Shown here piece after piece: positions 17,577 through 28,757 of a stretch of DNA of 30,915 nt. The stretch spans positions 1 through 30,915 of the forward strand of contig CAXIUT010000102.1 in the NCBI GenBank assembly GCA_964035545.1, read 5' to 3'. This DNA comes from Bugula neritina (lineage: Eukaryota; Animalia; Bryozoa). Numbering within the stretch: the stretch's first letter is position 1; each line of letters opens with the position of its first letter. Under the pieces are notes generated by a model. That model saw only the letters and a list, made by a program, of their open reading frames with translations, was not told the DNA's origin and did not search any database. The translations under genes and the position numbers were made by a program.

Positions 17577-20500
17577 TCACATTCCCTTTTTAACTCTCCA
17601 ATACATCAAACACTGATCCTACCCACCAACAGAAATGATCCTTTAATCGTCTTAGGTCCATCTCACAGTGGTTACATGAGATGAATGACCGACACCTGCA
17701 ACATAGCCTGAGTTCTTGATCGTGCAAGGGTAGTTGTAAAGACAAATTTATCCATTGTTATTACCTCCTGCTAGCAAATAAGGTGTTTTTGGATCATTTG
17801 TAGCTGTTTTACCATTCATATTGGTATTACTTCTGTCAACTGAATGTATAAATGTTCCATTAGTGCATTTGGGATAGATTCCTTGAACTGGCCATCCAAG
17901 AGTACAAGTCCAAGAAGCCCATCGTTCATCTCTAAGCATAGAAGCTCCTCCAGTCATTTGCTTACCAGTATTAAGATCCCAGAATAGTAACTAATAAGCT
18001 CCACAAGTTGACTGAAGATAACAACTATCTCTAGAAACATCGCAATGTGTAATATATGATGAATGCTTTTTCATTGGTCTGTATTTTCTTTTGAAGATTT
18101 ACTATTCAGCATCATAGTCATAGACATAAATACCATTATCGTGGGAACCTATGATCAACAAATTATATCCGAATTTTATCTAAGAAATCCATTCTTTAGC
18201 ATGTTTGAATTTTTGGAACATTGTCATCTCTAGAGTCTTTTTGTTAAATGTAAATATTCTAACTGTTCCTTCTTTACATCCTACTATAATAAATTTATGA
18301 TCTGAAGTAATACCTACGCATCTTCCTTTTGAACTCTAGTAAAAGTCATGAGTTTTATCATCTTTTGGAGACTAAATCCACTATTCTTTCTTTCTAGGAT
18401 CATTGATGAGATTGAGTGAAGCAATACTTAAAAGTCTTCTTTAAGAAATACTCCAGCATCTAAGAGTTGCATCATCTGAACAACTAAAAACAAGATCTCC
18501 TTATACATGCAGTCCCCAAACCTAGTTAGTCCATGAATTATTGGGACTGTAGTGATTTTTCATATGACAGATAGCATTTTGAACTTTGGTATTTTTTTAT
18601 CCAAAATTTTATATCTGAAATTCATAGATTTCTGATCCAAAAGTACCAACTAGCATTTTATTTCCAAGAAAATCAAGTGATCTAACTGACGGATGTTCAC
18701 TGACTAACTTTGGTCCAGACAGTAAATCTTTCAAATTGAAACAATTAAGAACATCAAAACGGGGTGTAAGTATAAAGATATATCCATCTTTAGTGCCTGC
18801 CCCGATAAAGCTATCTTGAATTCTAATTGATTCAACTACTGATGTTTTTTAGTCTTAGTTTTATTATCCTTTTTGTGTTAATGGCTTTTTTAAAGTTGTA
18901 GCTAGCTGTCCACTATTGCTTTTCCAAGAATATATTGTTCCACGAGATGCTCCAGTAAGAACAGTTCTATCTGACCCAATGGCTAAACTAACAAAATATT
19001 ATCTTTTATTTCCGTCTCTATGTGATAGTTTCGATCCATTAAAAGTCCAATACCTGAATGTTTTTATTCCCACTGAAACAAATTAATCATTAGAAACCCA
19101 TCCAAGTTTCATGATTAGTTTTCTATCTCCTTTTGTCGAAGCTATAACATGTCCCTTCTAGAGATCCATGATTGCAATATGATGATAATCATCCATACCT
19201 GCAGCAACTGCTTTACTTCCATCTGGACTAATAGCCAATGCCATCACTCCTTTAGTCACTGGAGCCTTAAATGTGTGAACAAGCTTGCCATTTATATAGT
19301 AGTTTACCAATGGCTTAGGTCCTACTTATCCTGTTATGACTCCTCCGCTAGATTTATGGTAATCTATCGAAAGAATATCATCTTTGTGATCTGTGAGAAG
19401 ATGCTGACTATTTGCTTTGGTGTTATGGTAGATTAGCACTGCTGCTGCATGGAAAATAAGGGTTTTTTCGTTTTAGAAATAGAGGTTCTGTCGGCAATCT
19501 TTAACTCTGTAGCCATGGACATACTACAGTTCTATGTCTGCATTGGGTTGATCAGTTGTTTGTCTTGGATAGTCATAGGTAGGTTCTTTAATAGCTCCTA
19601 GCCAGGGTTTAATAGCCATGAACTAATCTCCTGCAGATTCTATTTCTCTGAACTCTTCTTGTTTTTTTACTTTTTTCTTATTTCTATCAGTCATAATTTT
19701 CCTTGGCAAGTCAACATCTTAATCCAAATCTGATAACTAATCCCCTGAATCATCACTATCTTATTTAAATCTCTCTTCTTCTCCCCTATCTAAATTCCAA
19801 ACAATGATAGTCCTATCAAGTCCTCCCGTCGATACCATATACCTAGGTGTAAATCTAACTCTTGTTACATGAGAACTGTGTCCGTATAAAGTTTTATGTA
19901 CTTGTTTAGGAACATAGCATGGATACTTGAAAAGTCGAATTGCTTGGTCATCATAACCTACAGCTAAAAATTTACTAGTAGGATCTCTACAAACTGTATT
20001 GATATTTGAAAAATCTACATCTTGATAAATACCTTGAACTGGCCATCCGAATTTCTGAGTCCATGTCGCCCACTTTTCATCTCTAAACGATGAAGCACTT
20101 GAACATCTTCCGTTAGTGTTGATAGTATAAAACAGTAGTTCAGCAGCTTGAGTGTTAATAATAATAGCATCACCATCTCTGGACCAATCTGCATGTAGAA
20201 GTGCTGATGTTATACCTGAATTGAAACTATTTTTGAGTTTAATACTTTTTCCTTGAACTTATAAAAATTCCATTATCTGGGATTTTCCATGAGTACCATA
20301 GACTACCATTTGACTATCAGGTGAAAATTGAATTTATTAGACCCATCCTTTACCATTTTTATTCTTTTTTGCTGGCTACCCACTGTATTCACTCAATAGA
20401 TTAAGATTAGAATCCAATAATCTAATTTGAACCATGGAATCAGCACATACTATTTTATCTCCATTAGGTGACCAATCAACAGCTCGAATATTTTTATTAA

Positions 20501-23500
20501 AATCTATCCTACCCGTCTCCTATCTATCCTTAATACTCCACAACCTCAACGCATTGTCATCTCCACCAGTAACAAACACGTCTTCTCGACTATTAGTAGC
20601 TAAACCCCAAAGCTATCCACTATAGTGTCCTTGAGTAACTGTCTAAAACTTGCCTTGGTTACAATATACTGCCGCACAACCTCTAGTAATGAAGAGATAG
20701 TTTTAGTCATTACGATTTAGTCCAAAATCAAGACTAAGTAGACCATATTATATTTAATTCCCCAATTTATTTCTAAAAGCTGAACGGGTATCAATCAGAA
20801 GTTAACTATTATCGATTGATCCATTAGGTTTTTTACGCCATCTCAATATTTTACCATCATTTCCACCAGAATAAACAAAATTCTTTCGATCAGTTAAACA
20901 CTGCACCTTCCCAACATGACCCTTCAAGACCACTGGACCCTTATTCGAATTCCAAACAAACAAATTACCCATTGCACCTCCAGAAATATACACATTTCCT
21001 GAATTAACGATACATATCTGACTCTAGGTCTTAGCTGGAGCAAATCCACCCAACTTACCCTTGCCATTCGACCAAAATTTAACATGGTCATGTCCACAAG
21101 TAGCAAAATCTATCTCATTCCTCCAAGATATACCATTTACCTTAGCTCTACTAACAGGACCCGAATAAAGAATAGTTTTTGCCCTCCAATCATAAACAGC
21201 AAACTTGTTTTTCTAGTCATGACCACAACTAAATAGCAGTTTTCCTGAAGGTGAAAATTCTAGTAGTACAACAGCTATGGTATGGAATCCATCTAACTTA
21301 ACTAATGATTTTTTACTTTATATATCCCATACGTAAATTGACAATATTTTTTTTCTAGGATTTTATAAGTTCTTCTATGCCATCTGACCTGTCGCCATCA
21401 ATTTTCTATCATTATCAACTGCAAAACTAACTATATCCTCTTTATGTTAAAGCATTATCTCTTGTCTTTTGCTTTTGATATCCATCTGCACTGCCATACA
21501 TGCAGTGGGAAAAAGAATTCCCTCTCCATCAGCTGTCAACCTTCCTTGATTTCTAACCTAATCATTAAGATAGGTGCTTCTAATACCAAACACATGATGA
21601 ATGTTGGCATTTTATTCTGGTAATTTATTATCTCTTCGAGGATTGCTTTTGAAATCACTTGGAGCGAATATCTGACCTCGATATTGAGGTGTACTTAACA
21701 TCTGCTAACCTGATGCTACTTTTTTAGCAAACTAATCGTCTTACTCTGCAGCAGCTATAGCATAAGCATTATTAATAAGATCAGGATCATATTTCCAAAT
21801 AAATATAGCCTTTTACTATCCACCAATCGATATCACATAATCTTCCTTATCTGAAAATTGAATCATAGTTACAGAATTAGAATGGCCCTGATATTTGTTA
21901 AATACAGTATTAAAAGGACAAGGATAGTTAAATAACTTCAACCTAGAAAATCTATCTCCAGCTATTATAGTATTTTTATATAACATTCCTCGAGCACAAC
22001 AAGTTATATCTTTCTACTCTACTCCCTCAGATATAAAACTTTGAGTATGAGGAGTAAATGGACAAGTATGAGTATGCCAGTCTGACTTTATCATCTTCTA
22101 TTCCGCCTCTTTCCATTTTATCAATTCTTTATCTGTTGTGAATTCATATAACTCATATGTCTCACCCTCAGGAGTGTTGCTATTAAGACGAAGATAATAT
22201 GGCTATTTATCTGTTCTTGAAATATCGAAGTTGCTTGCTTTTGTTTTTAGTAAAATCTATCCGATAGGTTTAAGTTCTTTGGTGAAAAAAAGTATTTTAG
22301 GTTTAGGGTAGCAGTAACTCACAGCTAGAAATCTTCCAAAACATTAAAACTTTACTATATTTAGCACTTCCTGGTCAGGATTTTTGATTTTACTGTACCA
22401 CATTTTATCTATTTTTTAGAGAGTTTAGGGATTGTAGAAGGCAACAACTCCATTGTAGAACCCAACAGCAAGTAGATTATGTTTTTGATTAAAATCTAGA
22501 GATCTAATTTTGTATAAACACTTAGCTTAATTAACTACTTTTCTTGACCCCTTGAATTCCCATTTGATAAGTCTTTGATCATCTCCTCCAGTAAAGAGAT
22601 AATTTCCTGAAATAGTAGCACACCATATCATTCCATCCGAATGACCAGACATTACTGTCTTTAGTTTATTTGCCTTATCGCCATTCTTCAACAAGTAAAC
22701 ACTACTGCTTTTAGTCCCAATCAACAACTGCTTTTTGCTTCCATGACTCAGAGATACGATCATATTCGATGGACAGTTCGTCTTAGGAAGAGATATTGTC
22801 TCCTATCTTGTCAAATTGTCACTCCAAATTATTACTTTGCCTGTCTTATCACCACTAATAAATGAATTTGAATCTTTCTTTGCACATAATGCTGAAACAG
22901 ATCCAGTATGACCAACTACAGCCTTGATGCATTTGCCTCTCTCCCAGAAGTATATCGAACCGTTGCCCATACCAGCAATCATACAAGGCCTTTTACCTCC
23001 TTTGCCAATAGATAGATTCATTGGCAAAAGACAAAGAGCCATAGTGGGACTAAACTATCCAAAATCACCTCTACTCGAATTGATCACTCCTTTCTCAATA
23101 GTAAGGAAAAGCAACTATCTAATAGTAGCCACTGCTAAGTTTTGCTAATCAAGTTAAAATTTAGTATCAAAAACGAGGCATTTGATTAGAGGACCTGAAC
23201 ACACGATTCCAGTTTTTGTTGAAGTTAGATCTTTTTATTTCTATTTTAACTAATCTAAGTTGTAGACTACCAGCGAGTGATCTTCATCGTTGCATGTTGC
23301 TGCTAGATATTTTTGAGAAGGAGCTAAACAGACTGTACCTACTGACTACTTTAGATCTTTTGTAATGATAAATTCACTTTGTAGAGCTCCTTCTTACTAT
23401 TTTTTGGTATTCCAGATGATAATCATAGGGTTAGTTCCTGATTATCCTGTAACTATTCTATCACCAGCTCCATCAAGACAAGTAATGTCATCTTTATGTT

Positions 23501-24479
23501 AATTGAGGAAGGTTTGTTTGTACTCTGCTTCTGATTTATTGGATGGCGAAAGCACTATTCCCAAAGCAGCTTGGTGATAAACTATCTGATCACTACTATC
23601 AAATCTAAGATTATTTCTACAATCAAATGATCGATATCCCAACACATACTAAAGGTTGAGGTTCTGTGACGGGGCTTCTTCTGAAAGATTTTGCACAAAT
23701 TTATCAGTATAAGAATCAGCTTTGATTTTATTCAATCCCTGCAGCCATGGTTTTTATTTAGGTATAGCTGATTGCTGTCCAATTGATATTTGAGGTTTAA
23801 ACTAATCATCTTGCTGTCTGTTGTCGATTCCTCTTTTGATTCTGTCGATATTAGGATTATGTTCTTTGAGTTGTCTTTATACCTATTCTCCTATATCTGA
23901 ATCAACGAGGTCGTAGACAGCATCATGATGATCCATTTGATTTTTAGTGATAAAACCCATGTTGAACATCCAATCTTTATAATCAGAATCTTTCATGCAT
24001 ATACTGCAAAACTATTGACAATCTATGGCTTTGTTTTTATCATAATCGTATTTTCTAAATTTGTTGCGATTGGCTTTTTTTAGCTTATGATCATTGATCT
24101 ACTCACCCTCAAGATAGCCATTATACTTCAAACAAACACAAGTAAACTCGTAGAGATGTGATTCAGACAGAGAAGAAGATTCCCCTACCAGCATTTTAAA
24201 AAATTTAGTACCCAGCTATTAGAGAGTCAAATTGCAAAGATGACTGACCATACAGATGAACTAGTATTATTCTATTCCTCCACTTTAGTCGAAATCTGCC
24301 TAGTTGGTAAAGGCTTTGAAGAGATGCTAGTTTAGTTTATAAGCCTAGATGAATAGGTTTTTTTTGAGAGTTCCTGAGTCGGAGAGGGTCTAGAATTTTT
24401 ATTTGAGGTAGTTGAGTTGTCTTTAGTTGAACCCTTTGTAGAAGTTCTTTGACCTTTTTCCCAAGATTTGGTTGCCCAT
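17577..24479 (-). CDS. EML5/EML6-like microtubule-associated protein (three HELP+WD40 TAPE units) with N-terminal MG motif and EF-hands (2300 aa, no introns needed)
   Basis: Single 6903-nt frame; the track ORFs at 17748, 20802, 22527 and 22803 share it. HELP motifs LEYVLGYRSFDCRNNL (~23630), IHHVFGIRS (~21590) and LEYVHGYRVKDCRQNL (~19510); WATWTQKFGWPVQGI; GHSSHVTRVRF; EF loops DFDESGGIEEYE and DYDKNKAIDCQE. Confidence 0.93.
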
Positions 24480-24579
24480 ATTCAAATTAAATCAAACAAG
24501 TTATATTTTTGAATATAATGGAAATGACAAGTCATCTAAATCTTAAACATAATAGTCAGAATCATATAAAATGAAGTGA

Positions 24580-25478
24580 TCATTGCTATTTAGAGTAGCT
24601 ATAAACAACATCTAATCTTTTGAAGATATCAATTATGTTATTCTTCAGCTATTGAGAACTTGTTTCTGAATATATCTTTTTAAGACTTTTCAAAAATATT
24701 TGCTATTCAAAACTTCTATTAGCCACTAAATAATCAAAATCAACATTATCTTTTTTCAATTCCACTTTCTTTATAAAGTATTTGTACTGGCCAAGATATT
24801 TACTATTCTACTACTAGTTACTAAAATTAATAAGATATTGAACAACACTATAAAACATCTTCACATGCTTCCCATTTTTATAACTAGTCTAATATTTACC
24901 AAGATGACGAACACTCATCTCATAAATCCATTGATAATAATGTTTTAACTGCTATTCAATCAACAACTTATTCTAGTATCTAACTATATTTTGTAGCATC
25001 ACTTCAGCATAAAGAAGTAAATCTAAATAATTATCAAGTCTCATTTTCTTATTCTACTACTCTACTATCTCTCTTACCTCATCGAAATATCTAGATAACA
25101 TCTTGATATCGTAGATCTGGTTGTCCATTGCTTGCAAGATAATTTAGTTTATTTTGATGAGATATTATTCGGGAGTAGGAGTTAGAAGGTTGCAATACCA
25201 TCCTTTGAACAATACCCTTGTACTTGATTAATAAATAATAACATATTTAGTGATGATATTTTGATGGTTTTTTGTAAAGGCAAAGTAGATCCCGGTGTCA
25301 CTATCATTGCAATAAGATAGATTCCTGAAACAATAAATCCTTTTTGCATAAAATTATAAATTCTAGGATATTTTCTTTATGTCCTTCGAATCATTCCTTT
25401 AACAGTCACATTATTTTTTATATTCATATGCTACTTAAAGTTTTTAATTCCATATCTACCGAACACTCTCAACATCAT
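24580..25478 (-). CDS. Hypothetical protein (292 aa), possibly mitochondrial with one TM segment; 20-nt intron 25223-25242
   Basis: The frame is open from ATG to TGA after removing one GT-AG 20-mer. Basic N-terminus MMLRVFGRYGIKNFK and hydrophobic GFIVSGIYLIAMIV. Confidence 0.7.
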
Positions 25479-25484
25479 TATTAT

Positions 25485-25624
25485 TAAATCATTAAATATA
25501 ATATATCTGAGATAAATCGTTAAGTGTAATATATCTGATATAAATCATTAAATGTAATATATTTGAGATAAATCATTAAATGTAATATATTTGAGATAAA
25601 TCATTAAGTGTAATATATTTGAGA
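25485..25624. repeat. Minisatellite, 5 x 28 bp (TAAATCATTAAATGTAATATATTTGAGA)
   Basis: Units start at 25485, 25513, 25541, 25569 and 25597 with a few substitutions. A degenerate sixth copy overlaps the TGA at 25630. Confidence 0.95.
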
Positions 25625-25629
25625 TAAAA

Positions 25630-26759
25630 TCATCTAAATTTATAAAATTGACTCGGCTGCAATATTCCCTCGATAAATTGATGCAAATAAGTGATAGATA
25701 TTAACTTTGTGGTCAACCTAGAATGATATATATCACATATTGCCTCACTCCTGTAATACTTATAACACATTACCCGGTATACTGCTCTGAATTTATGCGG
25801 CTTTGTCCAAATAGATTCATAATCACTGAAATTAGCTATTGATAGCTATGATATCCACGCCTGAAACTATTTTATTTTGTTTTGAATTTATAACTAAAAT
25901 GAATTTTCATCCTAATTTTGATTTACACTTTGCTCCCTCTTCTAATCTTTCATTAGAGATGATTTTTATTAGAGTGATAAACTTTATTTAGCAGAATTCA
26001 AAAGATTGTCCGAATCGTCTCTACTGGGTAGACTGTACTGCAACATTCCAGCTTATATTTTAGGAGTATCTTCCATTTTGATAGTATCATCTATTCTACA
26101 CATTTCTTGAAAACAACTCAGCTATGAACTTTTGTTAGACTGTGAAATTGACTCAGATTATTTTCTTTGATTTCTTTTCCTGAGTTGCCTTTTAAAATGA
26201 TCATACAACCATTTTTACCCTCGCTTTGTGTAAAGAATAAATTTATGCATGTAGTTACTTAAATTTCGAAGAAGATTCTTTGTCTTAGTAAATCGAGGTC
26301 GCTAGACCTATATCTATGCATTATCGAAAAAATAATCTCTTTCTTCATTATGCAGTATGGGACAACTTATATCCGATATCTACTTTTTATGAGAATTTTA
26401 ATGACTATCTCCAAATTAAAGTTCATGCAGCAAAGACCCTCCATCTAGTGAACTTTTTCCTATAAGGGACCTGTTTAAAAATGTTTTTCCTCCTTTATAC
26501 ATAAATAAATACCTATTTTAGATCCATTAACGTTGATAAACTACTCAGATAGTTTTCTCTTTTTAGATGCGACGCTTCTTAAGTCACATGAATATTTATC
26601 AAAAAAACTCTATAATTTAGGAGACTGATCTATCTGAACTGTATCGTTAAGATTCAGTCTAGAAAGAAGGGATATTTATTTGTCGTTCAGCTATTGATCA
26701 GACTGGTAGGGAGTGAAGCCTTATTTGTCTTTGTTTGATTTTGATGATATTATCGACAT
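25630..26759 (-). CDS. Hypothetical protein (369 aa); 20-nt intron 26493-26512
   Basis: The frame is open from ATG to TGA after intron removal. Segments TKNLLRNLSNYMHKFI and FRAVYRVMCYKYYRSEAICDIYHSR..EGILQPSQF resemble, from memory only, an expanded uncharacterised ciliate family. Confidence 0.72.
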
Positions 26760-26835
26760 GTAATTCTCAAATATAAATTAATTTATAATATTATGAGCTT
26801 AAAATTATTTATATCTATCTCATACACATCCAAAA

Positions 26836-28582
26836 TCAACCCATCTTCAATACTCCAGCTGCTACCAACTTCTCAATCTTCTCAGCCAAACTCTTGTTCT
26901 TCAATATGTTCGGAAGAGACTTAGGATCTCTTTCCAGCTCTTGCAAAGCATTTCTCACCTCAGGAGTCTGAAGAATTGCCTGAATCTCAGGATCAGACAT
27001 TGCCTTCTTGGCTCTTTCTGCCTGATCTTACTCATTACTACCCATGTAAATAGCAGCTTGGGTCTTCTGAATTCCTTCTTTGCAGAAGTTGTTGTTGGGA
27101 TCTTTCTTCAAACCAGTCTCATAGCACTCAAGAGCTTTATGGAATTCTTTGAGGAAATAATGACAATCTCCTTTCTTATGATATGCTTTAGCGAATTAAG
27201 GATCTTTTTTTAGAGCAACTTAGTAGTTTTATTTTGCTCTTTGGAATTCCATCAATTTGATGTAGACCTGTCCAATATTGCTGTTATATTTGGCCATGGC
27301 AGGGTTTCTTCTAACTGCTTCTTAATATTCTTTTAAAGCCTATGGGAATTTGCCTGAATTAATGAAATAATACCTGCTTTATATAAATTAGTTCCTTCTT
27401 AGTTATGTTTTTAACCAAGTTCTGGATTAATGTACTATTTCGCTGCTTTTTCTTGCTTTAGCTTTTTCATTCTATTGAGATCATCTTTTACTTTAGGGTT
27501 TGAATCTTACAGCAAACTTCTTTCAAAATAATTGATAGCTTCTTCATACTTTTATTGTTTAGATAAAATAGTACCTTTTCTAGCATATACTTTAGCTTTT
27601 TTTACAAAATCTTTAGCAACTCCTTATTCGAAAAGTTTTTAAGCTCTAGAAACTTCTGCTAAGGCATTATCAAGTTCATTCATTTCAATAAAAGAAGCAG
27701 CTTTATTGTTATAGTAAAGTGGTTCATTAGGATTAAGTTTGATAGCTTCTTCATAAAAGTTAACTGCTTCATCAAAATTCTTTTTTTTATGAGCTTAATT
27801 ACCTTTCATTTTTGCTGTTTCAGCTGGATCTAACTCAACATCCATTTTTTAAGGTTTAGGCTATTATTTTTTTGGTTGAGGTCGAGATTGTTTAAACTAT
27901 GGTTTACTTTCTTATTATTTTTATTCAGGCATCTAATTTTTTCTAGCCTCAAATTATCTCTTCATTTTTTCAAAATCTTGTGGAGGAGTTTCTTGATTTA
28001 TAATTCTAAGTAGTTTTTGAACTCTTGGGTCGTCTTTATACATGGCAGCTGCTGCTGGGTTAGACATAACAGTTTGAAGGATGGGCATAAATGATTAATC
28101 ATTTAATATTTATTTGGCTTCAGGATGTTGAAGAAGCTTCATATAAGTACCCATCATATTTTGAGCATCTTGTTGTTTTGAACTTTCCTTTCTCTGAATA
28201 GCACTCTCTACTTATTTAACATTCTTTTGAAGCTAGGCATTGTCTGGACTAAATTCCAAGCCCAGTTTATAAGTTTAGATGGCTCCTTCAAGTTGATCCA
28301 TATAAAAAAGAGCAGTACCCTTTCTTTGGTAGCCTCGAGGCCAATCTCTCTTCAGTCTAAATAAAGATATTCATACTGAATACAGCTTTAAGCATCTTGA
28401 AGAGCTTCTTTATATTGTTTGTTGTTGCAATATGATCCTGATCTATTGGAATAGAAAACGTGATCGGTTGGATCTAACTCAATAGCTTTGGTAAACAGTT
28501 CAATGGCTTAAAGATAGTTTTTAGCTTTAAAGGCATCATTTCCTTTATTTTTGAACAAAGCTGCTTCTTACTTATTGCTCAT
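26836..28582 (-). CDS. STI1: STI1/HOP Hsp70-Hsp90 co-chaperone (568 aa); 20-nt introns 28357-28376 and 27354-27373
   Basis: TPR1 KNKGNDAF..DPTDHVFYSNRS..DWPRGYQRKG; TPR2A KMKGNEAHKKKNFDEA..YYNNKAA; C-terminal DP domain AMSDPEIQAILQTP..KIEKLVAAGVLKMG*. Confidence 0.96.
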
Positions 28583-28594
28583 CAAAGATATATT

Positions 28595-28659
28595 ATTCCA
28601 GAATACTCTATGAGAACCATTTCAATCATAATACTCTTTTAAATGTACTAGAACATTCT
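28595..28659. promoter_or_regulatory. Candidate heat-shock elements upstream of STI1
   Basis: aTTCcaGAAtaCTCt at 28595-28609 and gTACtaGAAcaTTCt at 28645-28659. Each has two perfect and one imperfect alternating nGAAn unit. Confidence 0.45.
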
Positions 28660-28757
28660 TTTTCACTTATTGAAAAATATTGAGTTAAAGTAAAGGTTTT
28701 ACTACTTTAGATGAACTAGATAAGATAATAGAAATAAAACAGTATATGAATTATATA

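Noticed and set aside
25485-25624. CRISPR array
   Set aside because: The units are head-to-tail with no unique spacers, the context is eukaryotic, and there are no cas genes.
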